A DNA stretch of 64,000 nucleotides from Eledone cirrhosa. Taxonomy: Eukaryota. The stretch covers positions 221,836,001-221,900,000 of the forward strand of contig OZ024741.1 in assembly GCA_964016885.1 (NCBI GenBank). The letters are read 5' to 3'. Below are positions 51,005 through 64,000 of this stretch, piece by piece. The notes below the pieces were generated by a model, which was given only the letters and a program-made list of their open reading frames with translations, was not told the DNA's origin and did no database searches. Numbering within the stretch: the stretch's first letter is position 1; every line of letters starts with the position of its first letter. The translations under genes were made by a program, and so were the position numbers.

Positions 51005-52858
51005 CTGAAAATAGAAAACGAAAACACTTCATAATGCAAGCTCAATATTTCTTCCTGCCATTTAATGTATCATCCAAGACAATTGCTTCTGTGACCATTA
51101 ACCCTTTTGATACCAACCTGGCTAAAACTTACCCGATTTTATAAAACAATTTTTACACATTTTAAAGAGTTCCTATTTAGCTCTTAACATCAGGTACAGC
51201 ATAAAACCACATTACCCAGAAAAATATAAAACACCACTCAAAGAAACCATTCCAAGTTTACATCACAATAATAATGCTACATTTTTCTATGATAGTAATA
51301 ATATAATGGTTAGGGTATTCAACACGATCATAAAGTAGTAGATTTGATTCCTGAACTGGATAGTATGTTGTGTTCTTTATAAAGACACTTCAGTTCATGT
51401 TGCTTCTCATGCCGATCATTAAAACACCTATAAAACTTCCTATGAGATAGAACCTTGTAGGAGGCCAGCTAAACCTACATGGTTGTAAGCTACTACAGTA
51501 ACAATAAATATATCTGTATATTATTGACGGACATGAGAATGAGAACTCAAAACCAAAGTAGAGTTTAAATATTCATTCATTATGGCTAAGTGGTAAGCCT
51601 TGATACTCTGGAGTTTCACCTGTGTCCATCTTGTAAAGTGGTCATGTAAACACGGCAAAAAGCACCCAGCACACACTGTAAATGTGGTTGGTGTTAGGAA
51701 GGGCAACCAGCCATAGAAACCAAGCCAAAATCAGTTCTGTGTGAGCAAATCACAGTCACCCAACCTGATTCCTCACAATAGGACAGCCCGTCCTACCCAT
51801 ACTAGCATGGAAGATGGACGTTAGACAATGATGATGATGATATCTATATATATATAAAGTAAGTGGGAACAAAGTTTCAATTTACATATTTTATTCACAC
51901 ATGCCGCGCTTTTCGCAATCGGTCAGCTCAAGATATGATCAGTCACAACTTTTGGGGGGAAAATCTCCTGTAACTTATAGAGTTCAACAAAAAAAGGGAT
52001 CAATAAAATAAGTAGTAAGCTTAAAAAAATAAGTACTAGAACGGTCCTGATCGACTAAATCAGTACTTCTCAATATGAGGAGTGACAATATTTTGCTAGA
52101 GCGTGGGACTTCAGAATGGGGTATACATACTCTGCTGTATACTGTTATATACAATGCTATATTCTAACTTTGTTCAATCAGGGATTTTTTTTGGGGGGCG
52201 AGGGGGGTTATGTGAGGTAAAGGGTTGTAAAATACTGAACTATGTCAAGAAGGTGCCCAAGCATGGCTGCAGTCAAATGACTGATTTAGTACTGTAAATA
52301 AATACTGCCTATATAATATTGGTTAATAATACATTTGATAGCATGAAATTGAAACAAATTCTTTTTTGTCACCGTCAAGACCGCAGATATCCTTAGACCG
52401 AAACTGCTGTTTTCTGTCCTCAAAATCAGGGGTAATGCATCCCACCCAAGGAAGAAGCCCCATAAGGTAGAGTGGATAATGCAGCTAGTGTCGCTGCACC
52501 CTGCACTAATGCCTTCTCCATTTTGTCTGCATACCACCGAGATAGGAGTTTAGAGACTGCCAATCACTCACCTCATTTCCTTACTTTTGCTATTTAATTT
52601 TCTTCCAATGTATTTTTTATGTATCTTCATTTCCATGAATAAAATTCACTGCCTGTGGCTCAAATTTAAATTCATTTTCATTTTAGATTTTACCAGAATT
52701 TACCAGCAATTTTTAAGACAAATATTTCATAATAGGTTTAACCCTTTCATTAATATATTTCTAATGAGATATACTGCCTATGATTTTCCCTTCATTTTGA
52801 AAATAATAAAAAATTTGGAGGGATTTAGTAATATAACCAACTTTCTCATTTTTAAGTT

Positions 52859-53595
52859 GTTTACTCGAGAGAAGGCTACGTTGGTATGGTCACGTGATGC
52901 GCATGAAAGACGACAGCTGTATAACAAAGTGCAGGGCAATAAAGATAGATGGTAGCCACGGAGTAGGCAGACCCAGAAAAACCTGGGACGAGCTGATAAA
53001 TTCCGACCTCACACACTTACACCTCTCCAAGACAATGTCACTGGACCGAGACCTTTGGCGGTACTCAGTAATAGAGAAGACCCGCCTTACCTAAATACAA
53101 AGTAAAACCTACTACAGTCAGTAGGCATCTCTAACAAAATACACCCCCGTCCCACTACCCCCACCCCATCCACACCGCCCCCTTTCAATGTAAAGTTATG
53201 TTGGTGCCACAACATCCAGGCCGAAACAAATGAGATTGTGTAGGTGTCACGACAAAAAACACACAGTCCACGCTGTAATGTGGCTGTGTAGGCAACACAG
53301 TAAAAACCTCCCAGTCCCACACTGTAAATGCGGTTGGTGTTAGGAAGGGCATCCAGCTGTAGAAAACCCGCCAGACAGTCCACGCTGTAATGTGGCCGTG
53401 TAGACAACACGGTAAAAACCTCCCAGCCCCACACTGTAAATGTGGTTGGTGTTAGGAAGGGCATCCAGCTGTAGAAAACCCGCCAGACAGTCCTATGCGA
53501 GCAAGACAACCACTCTTGCCTCAAGTGGGAAAACTCCCGTCCAAACCCATGCAAGCGTGGAACATGGACGTTAAACGATGATGACGATGATGATG
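52859..53595 (+). mobile_element. RTE 3' fragment inserted into a MITE in the MPLKIP intron
   Basis: Matches 608-1232 with an internal duplication of the 3' UTR block; MITE sequence resumes after the tail. Confidence 0.88.
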
Positions 53596-53635
53596 AGTTG
53601 GGAACATAACAATGGTTCTTACATAAAGTTGGAGA

Positions 53636-54440
53636 CAACTGGGTTTGTCAGTTCCCGCTACTGATGAGGATAGATGGAAGCAGAGAATATGGGACATTTG
53701 AGAGAAACTTCCAATTCTCTCTCTCTGATCATTATGATCAATTTTCTAGGTGCCACTTACTTTCTGAAGCGCAAAGTTCTTGGGGGACTGGATTGATGCC
53801 CTGCCTGTAGTCAACATTGGTAGCCTTCACAGTCAGGACAAGCTCTGCATCTCCATTGCACTTCAAGTGGGAGCTGACCTCTGTGGGGGTCTGAGATGCC
53901 ACTGTGGTAGGTCTCTCGACTCCACAGATCTACATGCTTTGTCCTGCTGCTAGAATGCTGGTCATTTTGCCCTCCACATTGAGTTAAACCTGATCATATG
54001 GGCCCTGGCTCAGGTAAATATCCCCACAGTTCTGGCGCTGGCTTGTTTATCCATAAGCGATGGGACAAGACCAGATGGCCTTACCCTTTGTCTCTGGGTA
54101 AGAGGTGGCTGTCTTATCTGGGACGTCACAGTCAATAGCGCTTTTGCTCCATCCCATATTAGGGACGCCATGATAAATGTTGGGAGTCACTGCTTCTGTT
54201 GCCGAACAGAATAAAATTCAGAAATACCTGGATTTATCTAATAATTATTTTTTTCCAGCCAGTGGCGATCGAGACGTTTGGTAGAGTTGGGTCGCTGATA
54301 GCAAAGTTCGTCATCCCTGGTGGCTCACCTTACTGAGGTGACAGGTGATACCCGTCAGGGTGCCTGGTTATTTCATCGCCTTAGCCTCACCATCACCTGT
54401 CAGAATGCTGCGAGTGTGTTGGATTGCCTTAAAGTGTTTA
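53636..54440 (+). mobile_element. Decayed CRE-type non-LTR retrotransposon C-terminus (CCHC knuckle and restriction-like endonuclease)
   Basis: Hand translation through frameshifts gives CHCG..D...HALSC...GHFA.H..LN..RAL...IP.VL..DG.RPDGLTL..W..G..LIWDVTV. Confidence 0.7.
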
Positions 54441-56005
54441 GTTAACCCCTAAGATGTGAGATGCGGCCGATTGTCGCAATTGGTGGTGAATTGCCTCCCC
54501 CTCCTTTTTTCTTTTATCATTATTGTTCAATGAGTTGTACAAATGCGATTTTGTAAATAGTTATTTCTTCAAATTTGCTCACACATTTAATCCTGTGTGA
54601 CATTTGTTCATATACACTAGACATACAATTATATCCGTACTTATCTCCCTTTAAAAACTATATATTTCGTTATCTTATATAACATCATCACATATATTGA
54701 TTTGCTTTATTTGTAATGGTATCAAATCAATAATCAATTAAGTTCCCACAACTGGAGCAGCCAGTCGTTGGGGTGCCATTGTGCCGTTTGATTGTATGTC
54801 CGTCATGACACTTCAGTGATCCTTAGAAATGTTTGGCAATACCCATCTCCTCTCCAAGCCTCCAGTTACTCAATAAGTTTAGCCTGTTAGCAGAAATAGT
54901 TATAGGGGTGTAGCGGAAATATGACCAGAAGCCAGAAGTGAGTCAGATAAGCACCAGTGCACCCATCCATCCATCCATAAAGATGTCGGACAAGATATCC
55001 ACTCTACCCAAACACTCCGGTTTGGGGATAATGTTTCTTTAAATCTTGGATAACGGTACCTCCGGTATTGCAATAACGCTTCTTCACTCTATTTTCAAAG
55101 AAACAGCAGATAACGCTATGTCCAGTATTGAAATGTCTTTTTAATTCGTTTCAAACTACTTTCAAAAACGGAATATTTTTAGATAAATATAAACCCCACT
55201 TTAATGTAACCAGTTTTGTGTCATAGTAACAGGGATGCCTTCGGGGGATATACTATCGAAAGGGTTGAGAACATTTTCTTAAGTTTTGTGCTTCAACACC
55301 ACTTACGATATCATTAAAGTTATTGTCTAAATCTACGATTATTTTAGAATTCAAATGAAATAGTGTATTTAAACTAGAAATAAGGTAACAAAAAGATTGT
55401 CAGGTGAAAACTGTTTTTATAAGCTATTAAATACAGATATTAATTATATGAAGGCTTAAAAAATTAAAACTTGAATTATTTCAGAGCGTTACTTATATTT
55501 AATGGTTTCTGATTTAGGCAAAAGGCCAACAGTTACTTAAATTTAACAACACAACTTTTGACATTTCTTTCACATCATCAGCAAACATATATATATATAT
55601 CTTTCTGAAAGAATCGCGAGCAATTTATGTTATTTATGTATATATTTAAAACATATTTATGTTATTCTATTGTAAATTTATTATAAAATATATTTTATAG
55701 TTAGCTGTACCTCGTTGTTTCAAGTAAATTAAAGTTATCGTTGTTTTAGTGTATTTACGGAGAGCAATCGCCATACATAGTAAAACGAATGATACCTGAC
55801 TAGTTTGTATGTGTAAATTCCGAAAGATTTATTAGCAAAAGAAATAGAACTATATATGTAAACAAATTCTTTTTTTCAAGGAAAATTAAAATCATTGGCA
55901 AAAAATAAATAAATAATGCAAAGCAAAGTTGCAGTTGAATTTTCTCCTTAAAAAAAATGAATTCATCGATGCAGAAATGATTATATAAACGTCAGTAATA
56001 CATAC

Positions 56006-56470
56006 TTTGGAATTATATGGAGTACTGTGGCGGGAATATCGGTCGTTTCTGGTAGGAGGACAGCGAGGAATATGGCAATTCTGATCGTGTTGGTAAGGAG
56101 GGTATGTAGATCGTGGGTGTAGCAATGGGTTCTGACAGTTGTAAGGTGTTGAAGATATCGGTGAGATTGTTCGATGGGAAGGATGGTGTCTTTGTTGAAA
56201 ATAATGGTTACCACTGCGGTTGTCATATCCAAGAGAACGGTTGGAATCGGAAGATGGGTTTGTATTGGGGGAGTAACGTGGTGATACATACGACTGGTTA
56301 GTTGGTGAAAAGGGTGAGCCCCATGGTACTTTTGTAGAGCTTCCACCACTTCTAGTTAGATTGTTTCCACTAACTGCAGTCCCAGGAGAAGCTCCAAGTT
56401 TATCATCATTCGATCCACGACTGGCATTAAACAATGCAGGTGAGCCCCAACTAACAGACTCATCCATCAT
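56006..56470 (-). CDS. MPLKIP: MPLKIP/TTDN1 exon 1 (Pro/Ser/Gly-rich with many SP/TP sites)
   Basis: ORF 55892..56470 up to the GTATGT donor after ...STPYNSK; 155 codons; phase 0 matches exon 2. Confidence 0.8.
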
Positions 56471-56482
56471 GTATTATAATTA

Positions 56483-56612
56483 GTGTTTTCCGTTGTATAA
56501 GACGCACCTTTTTTACACAAAGATTTTTGGTAGGAATAATGATAATAAACCTTTTCGAACCGAACTTCTTTTCTTCAAAATAAGGGTGTGTATTATGTTC
56601 CTAAAACACGGT
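56483..56612. mobile_element. Short pogo/Tc1-type MITE between the MPLKIP promoter and the ATG
   Basis: Imperfect TIRs gtgttttccgttgtataagacgcacc / ggtgtgtattatgttcctaaaacacgg. Confidence 0.55.
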
Positions 56613-56704
56613 AGTTTAAGGGGAAATATTTTATCGTTACAGAGATATATATTTCTACATAAATATATTCAAGTTACCGCGAACAGAGATAAAAACTGTT
56701 GAGA

Positions 56705-56762
56705 CACGCCATTTGTTAAACAACAAATATAACACTTCCGGGTCCTAACAGTGCGCATGCTT
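56705..56762 (-). promoter_or_regulatory. Candidate MPLKIP promoter with YY1-, ETS- and NRF1-like motifs
   Basis: CGCCATTTG (56707), ACTTCCGG (56734) and TGCGCATGC (56752) cluster within 55 bp in a locally CpG-retaining patch about 240-290 bp upstream of the ATG. Confidence 0.55.
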
Positions 56763-57399
56763 CGATATTATTTCCCTATGTTTTTAACGTGTTGAGAGTC
56801 GGGTATCGTCGCCGAAGACCTTCTGCTGTCCAGCTCTCCTGGGGGTTTCTTACCACTTACGAATTTCTCGCATTATGGAGGGAATGCGTTCCTGAGAATT
56901 TTATCGTTACGCCAAACTGATTTTTCATGTTCTAGAGCGAGGTGTTTTCTGATACATTTTTTCGAATGAAAGCAATATAACCATTTTTATTCTTATATTC
57001 TGTTCATTCAATCCAAACATGTAAATCAAAAGGCTTCATATCTATATCATCATCATTTAACGTCTATTTTTTCCACGCTTGCTTGTTGTCGTGTCACCAG
57101 CACGACCACATTACAAAGTGGACAGTGCTTTTTCTAATGTCACCAACACAACCACTTTAAAGAATGAACTGGGCGCATTTTATCGTGACGCCAAAACGAC
57201 CATGTGTGTGTGTTTACACAGATATAAATGTTTGGATTGAATAAACAAAGTGCAAGAATAAGTAAATAAAACAAATATGAAATAAACACAGATACATATA
57301 CATAAACAGGAATTCATGATAATAAAAATTTGCTAACATACCTTATATGTATACATAAAAACATGCCAAGAGATCGTAATAGAGTACGTTCTTACTACA

Positions 57400-59800
57400 A
57401 AATATTTTGACTACTGTGTGAGGGGGATGAGAGTTACTGGGAGAAGGAAGGACATCATCTCATCAACATTTGCTTGGAGGGTAAACTAATCTAAAGTTGT
57501 TTGATGTTTATGGCACATCTCTTTGTACAGCTCAGTATAGGAACTGATCTTATAAACTCCTCTTGTAAATATGTTACATTTACTAGTACGATTGTTGTCA
57601 GCAAAAAACTTGCAGACATTTCTCTATAAGGGAGAACCCTTTAGTAATATTCTTTGCGGTCAATTTAAGTGGAGTTGATGGAATTTTTGTATAATCAGCT
57701 TGTCCTTGTTCTAACAGCATCAGCTCCTTGTTAAATAAACCTTTTCAATAGGACTCTAGCAACTCAACTACATTATCTACTATGGTTTATTCAAACCCTA
57801 CATTATTAGTAAGTGTTGTTCTTAGCGAATTTGATGTACACTTTCTGATTTTGGAAAACTTATAAATCCACAGATACTGTCTGACTATATATTTTTCCAA
57901 GCACCATTCATAGATGCTTTCACTTCATCCCATGACTCAGCTATGTTATCTACAGCATCTATAATGTTGAACATTTTCCAGAAGTCCCATCAATTGCTTT
58001 CATAAGTCATTTAAACGTTCTCAGATAATTTGCCTTGAAATTAGCTATCTCTCCTTGATCCATTGGCTGGAGCAAAGAAGCTGTATTCTTGGGAATATAT
58101 CCTACTCTCTCATTTTCAAAATGCTCATTTCAGTTTACTGGATGACTTGGTGTATTGTCTAAAGAGAGCAATGTTATGTTGGAAATATTGTTCTACAGCA
58201 GGACAAAAAAATGTTTGTAAACCACACTTCAAAAAGACTCTTAGTCATTCCATACCTTCTTATATTTGAATGTCAAATTAGAGGTACCTTAAACAGTGTG
58301 TATCCCTTGAAACCCTGAACTGAGATAGAAACTGGGCATAAGAGAAATCAGATACAGTGTGCAGGAGAGGAGATTGTGATTTTATGGACATGTGATGCAT
58401 ATGAAGGATGACAGCCGCATAAAGAGGTGCAGGGTACTCAAAGTTGATGGAAGCTATGGAGTAGGAAGACCTCGTACAATTGCATCTCTCAAAGGTAATA
58501 ACACAGGATCGAGATCTCTAGCGTTATGCAGTAATACAGAAGACCCACCTTCCCAGGTGCATGAATCTAGTATGCACCACCTTCCCCTTCAATACATCCT
58601 AACAATCCACCCACACCCTTCACCAAAGATGTCTCTCAGAACACACTAGATCTACCTCTCCAATCCCCATGCACCTCCCTCACCCCACACTGTAAAGTGG
58701 TCGTTTTGGTGCCACGACAAAAAGTGCCCAGTCTACACTGTAAAATGGTCATATAAGTGTCATGACAAAAAGTGTCCAGCCCACACTAAAGTGGTCATTT
58801 TGGTGCTACGATAAAAAGCAGCCAGTATACACTATATGTGGTTGGAATTAGGAAAGACATCCAACCATAGAAACCAAGCCAAAATTAATTCTGTATGAGC
58901 ATGAGCAAGACACAGTCATCTGATCTGGCTTGGCTCACAATGGTACACCTCATCCAATCCATGCTAGCATAGAAAAATGGTGATTATGATAAACCCAGAT
59001 GGTGATTTTTTTTGTTTTTAAATATAAGTCTAGCAAGCATGTACTTCCAGAAATTTCATCGACGTTGAATACTTGTTCTGGTTTGTAACCCCTTTCAGCA
59101 ACCATTTCCTTCAGATCCTTCAAATAATTACTAGCAGCCTCTGTCTCAGCAATGGCAGCTTCACCAGTCATTTTAATGTTGTGAAAATCCAAGTGTTATT
59201 TAACCCTTTAGCATTTACATTACTCTATATTTACTATTGTATTTTCACGGTAAAGGCGCTATCTTACATAAGTATCTCACAAAATATCTAATCTATGAGA
59301 TTTTGATATTATTTATTTTGAGAATAATACCTTAATGTCAGTATGAATGGCTAGTTATGGACAGTTTGAACAGAAATCCTGGCCATATACAGCCGGTTCA
59401 AACCAGCATTTAATAGTCAGAAAATTAGAAATTTCACTTCCCTTTTTCTGCAAATTGTCATAACAACTTTTAGATTTTAAAAATTACTGTTGTGCTTATT
59501 GACACATTATGTTGTCTCGAATTGTCAATCCCTATACTCAAAAGCCATTCCATTTCAAGCTTCACGTGAAGAAATAGTGTCTGAGAAGTTAATGAAGTAG
59601 CTTCTTGAGCATATGACTAAATTTTCTTTCTAGTATCAGATGTTGTTCTTACTGTAAATGTTGCCAACTTTAATGTTTTGACAATGTTATTGATGTTTTA
59701 CTCTTGCACCAAGCATTTTTAAAACATGAATTTTAATATCCAGTGTAATCCTTTTACTGTTCCTTTTTGCACTACTGCCTTCAATTCCACTCGATTGATT
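57400..59800 (-). mobile_element. Tigger/pogo DNA transposase relic interrupted by an RTE tail and a MITE
   Basis: ORF 58950..59192 gives HNIK.TGEAA.A...GY.PEQVFNVDE. Downstream are QPMDQG.IA.FK and FWK.FNI.DA.DNI.ESWDEVK motifs. Confidence 0.8.
58318..58990 (+). mobile_element. Old RTE 3' fragment
   Basis: GHVM.MKDD..IKRCR motif followed by 3' UTR tandem units. Confidence 0.8.
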
Positions 59801-60092
59801 CTTTCCAGTCACCTTAAGTAAAGGCAATGTATTTTGTAGATAAATCTAATAGCAGCAAATCAACAATTATCCACAGCAAATATGTAGTAGAATAGCACCA
59901 GGAAAAGACTGTTTTGTGAGAGCAAACATTATTGTCATATTTCTGTGGATATAGGAATGGAAATGAGATTTTAGGATATTAGTATCAGTGTATATATATA
60001 TTATCAAGAATGGCAATAAATGCAGGAGAGTGTTGTGACATGGTTTTACTTCACAGAAGTCAAATAAATTAATATAAATAATTGTTACTACA

Positions 60093-60480
60093 TGTAGATG
60101 TTCAGTTGGTCACAACTCCCAGACTGGAGTGTGTAGAGAAGAACAGAAATCTTCTCTTGGAGGTGTTCAAGTATTTCTTTAGGCTGCCGGTGTTCTTCTT
60201 GCGGGCGAAGGAAGTGAGACAGGAGTCATCTCTTGTCTTGACAAGGTCTCAGGTCTTCTTCTTGTCCCTTCGAAGTTCAAGATGCGAGAGAGAGTTATGC
60301 CTTGATAGTCCTCCAATATATAGTCCCCAAGGAGACGCAACTCCATTTAGTACATGAATCTGCCAATGGGAGTCGCGCCTGTGGCAAAAGGACGTAACTC
60401 CTATACGTGCTGAGTTACGACCGTCGTAAAGGGACGCAACTCCCATACGTGCTGAGTCACAGCCGTAAGGGGCCGCTACA
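60093..60480 (-). mobile_element. Candidate solo LTR
   Basis: GC-richer island bounded by TGTAG...CTACA, with internal direct repeats (ggacgcaactcc..tacgtgctgagt) and a TATA-like motif. No convincing TSD. Confidence 0.4.
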
Positions 60481-61499
60481 AGATGAAAGAGTGGAAGAAA
60501 GTATCATATGATTACAATTAGTTGCAAGGTTCATGAGAAGTTGCTCCCCCTTGCACATCCAACTTAGGCCATTAAACCTTCACACTCTACTCTGTCTTTA
60601 CATACACATTCTGTTTACAAGGATAGTTTATCATAGTAGTAAACTGGTCAGATGTAAACATTCAGACAAGATGGAAGTGCTGATAGTGTAAATATACACA
60701 CACATGTTCACCAGGTCTGAACACAGACGCCGAACTCCCACTAACATCGCCTCCGTCTCTCTTGCTCTCCCCATCTCCCACTATTATGAGCAAATGGGGT
60801 CCCACGCGCTAGTTGCCCCTAGGCCCCAACGGACAGAATTCATAGAAGATACAGTATGTAATCACCGAAACATTACTATCATGCTGATGCTACTATTGTT
60901 GTTGCTATTTGTTATTCAAACATTGGTAGTCATTGTGTTGTTGGTTGTATTGGCTTTGGTAGATACGTATTGTTGGTCGTGTTGTTGTTTCATCTTAGGT
61001 CAAGCCTTAAGATCAAAGACATTTCAGTCAACTTTTAAGATTCACTAGAGTACCACATTTTTTCCTGTCGAATCCTTGATGTTACTGAATTGCCGTGTTG
61101 AGAAATGTAATGTATTTTCACTTCCCTTTCTTGTGTCTCCAATATCCCTGGTCCATCGGTATTTATTTATATTAAACTTTTCGTTTAACTTCTCATAATT
61201 ATGGTCAAATGTGTAAGACCCTCAAAAAAATTTATCTGTTCGTTAACCTTCCCATTTCTCTCCCCCATACGCCACCATTATTATTTGGTCCAATCATAAT
61301 TCAGCGGCTTATAATATGTTTCTCTCCCCAATCTCTTTCACAAAACCACCGCCTCGGCTAGTACTCCCTCCTCGATATGCTAGATGGACTACGGGATTTG
61401 GAGAGTCTGAAGAATGTGAACACTCAATGTCAATGTCAAAGATAAAAATAAATTCACCTCTTGTTGCCGGACGAGAATGCAAGGATTCCTCATTATTTC

Positions 61500-64000
61500 A
61501 GACACGGATGGCTAACATAACCCCGTCCCCCTCACCCCTCCCTGCGCCTCCAGCCCATCCCTTCCACCCACCCAACGAAATCCAAAACTTCAGAGTTGGT
61601 ACTATGAATGTAGGCACCTTAAAAGGTCGCTCAAATGAGGTTGTAGAGATGCTTGAATGTAAGGAAGTTGATGTTTTTTGTATTCAAGAATCTAGGTGGG
61701 TCTGCTAGATTCATTGTAGGTAAAAAACGATGCTATAAACTTTTCTGGGTGGGAAATGTCAATGGGCTGGGTGGAGTAGGAATCATGTTAGCAGAAAAAT
61801 GGGTAGATAAGGTAATTGCCGTAAATAGAGTGAACGACAGAATAATTCAAATAAGACTAGTCCTAAACAGAACTACTGTGACAATAATATCCGCGTATGC
61901 ACCCCCATCCCGACTGCCTGGCGTTATAAAAGACAGATTCTATGAGTCGTTAATGCTCACTACCTCCCAAATAACCAACAGCGACTACATAAATATTGCT
62001 GGCGACCTAAATGGTCATGTTGGACAACACTGACGGTTATGACGGAATCCATGGAGGCTATGGGTTTGGTACTAGAAATGAGGAAGGCTTCAGAATCCTG
62101 GAATTCTGTGATGCTAATAACCTAACTATCTGTAACACAAACTTCAAAAAACGAGACAATCACTTGATCACCTTTAGATCAGGGGAACACGCCAGTCAGA
62201 TAGATTATATCCTTACCAGAAGACGTGATAGAGTGTCTGTCGTAAACACTAAAATCCCTCCCCCGTGAAGAATGCACCTCCTAACATAGCCTCATAATCA
62301 GCGACCTCATAGTCAGGACTAGACGTACTCGACAACAGAGGAAGACTACCCTGAGGAGAAGAATATGGAAGTTAAAGGACTCCACAATCAGTAACAAATT
62401 TAAAAGCATATTGATGCTTTTGACAGTAAGGAAGAGTAATTAGAGACGTATAATATAGAGGAACAATAGAAATTCCTGAAAGTTAACCTGCTGAAGGTGA
62501 CAGATGAAATATGTGGCTGGAGCAGACCTATAGGCAGGAGGAGAGTAACTTGGTGGTGGAATAGTAAGGTGGAGGAGTCAATCAAGGCCGAAAAACAGGC
62601 TCGGAAAGTATGGCGGGATGGGGAAGTAGAGAAGACTATCAAGTGGCCAGGAGGGAAGCTAGGAGACAAGTGTACTTTGCAAGAAGGGAAGAAGAGGAAA
62701 GAAAGTTCAAGAATGTTCTACAATGCAAGGACCAAAAACGTGAGGTGTTCAGGATTGCAAGACAATGTGTCAAGGAAAACTATGATATTGTCAGGGAGAA
62801 GTGTGTCAGTAATGATAACGGTGTACTTGCCATCACTGACGCTGATAAGAAGGTAGCTTGGAAGTGTCACTACGAGAGGCTACTAAATGAGGAGAATAAA
62901 TGGGAAAAAGATAGTCTGCCCCACATCGATCCAATAGAGGGAACAGCAGTGCAAGTTGAAGGTAGTATAATAAGTAAGGCAATCAAAAATATGAAGACAG
63001 GCAAGGCAGTTGGGCCTTCGGAGATAGTTGCTGAAATGCTGAAAGCATCTGGAATGGTGGGACACACTATGGTCACCCGGATAGTAAACCAAGTCATACA
63101 GAACAGGGTCGTACCAAATGACTGGCGTAGCATCATCATCATTAACTGCTACAAGGGTAAAGGAGATGCCCTAGATAGGGTAAACTATAGAGGCATTAAG
63201 TTGATTGACCAGGTCATGATTTCACAGAAAGAGTTATAGCGCAACTAATCAGAGAGCGAAATGAAATGCAGTTTGGGTTTGTGTCAGGTAAAAATACCAC
63301 AGACGCTCTTTTCCTTGTACGACAACTACAGGAGAAGTACCTAGCTAAAATAAACCCCTATACTTAGCTTTTGTTGACTTGGAGAAAGCCTTTGACAGAG
63401 TCCCCCGCTCCATTATCTGGTGGGCTCTTAGAAAACTAGGTGTAGTTGAATGGCTTCTGAGAGCTATACAAGCCATGTATAAAGAAACAGTCAGTAAGGT
63501 TAGAATTAACAATGAATATTGTGAAGAGTTTAGTGTAAAAGTTGGTGTTCATCAAGGCCCTGTCCTTTTTATTGTCCTTCAGGCTATAACAGAGGAGTTC
63601 AAGACCGGCTGCCCATGGGAACTTCTAAACGCAGATGATCTAACGCTCATAGATGAATCTATGGCTGAACTAGAGAAGAAATTCCAAACATGGAAGCATG
63701 GCCTAGAATCAAAAGGCCTTAAAGTTAACGTGTCTAAGACTAAAGTTCTAGTATGTAGAAAGGAAAATAGGGTACATGTACCCTCTGGCAAATGGCCATG
63801 CTCAGTGTGTAGGAAAGGAGTAGACAGAAATTCCATATTATGTCCCAAATTATGGGTACATAAAAGATGTAGTGGGATCACAGGTAAACTATCTAAGAAC
63901 GTAGATTTTATATGTGGTCGATGCTCAGGTGCAATAAGTAGCAAGTGCCCACAGATGGTTCTATAGAAATAGTGGACACCTTCCGTTACCTGGGTGACAA
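61500..64000 (+). mobile_element. Decayed RTE LINE (endonuclease, RT, PHD-like finger) running off the window end
   Basis: GTMNVGTL, QE.RW, GDLNGHVG, IDY, KAFDRVP and NADD motifs; many frameshifts. Confidence 0.92.

Overview
AT-rich, repeat-dense eukaryotic DNA, most likely a coleoid cephalopod such as octopus (inferred from the RTE/SINE repertoire, not proven). Two spliced protein-coding genes lie on the minus strand. The first is a complete 16-exon LCMT2/TYW4 (tRNA wybutosine-synthesizing protein 4; SAM methyltransferase plus Kelch repeats), from ATG 40536 to TAA 1297, 2286 nt or 761 aa, with all GT-AG junctions phase-consistent. The second, upstream of it, is a 2-exon MPLKIP/TTDN1 (56470 to about 50897) with a YY1/ETS/NRF1-like motif cluster 5' of it. 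The remainder is transposon debris: many RTE LINEs with a PHD-like finger, CR1/L2-type LINEs, a CRE-type fragment, tRNA-SINEs, piggyBac/hAT/pogo MITEs, nested Helentron-like elements, a Tigger relic and a possible solo LTR. The most notable items are: (1) a ~2.6 kb foldback structure in the last LCMT2 intron, derived from a Penelope-like element, with a minimal hammerhead ribozyme in each arm; (2) a phase-compatible splice path that could fuse MPLKIP to LCMT2; (3) inverted LINE pairs bracketing LCMT2 exons. Exon coordinates were read by hand; transposon boundaries are approximate.
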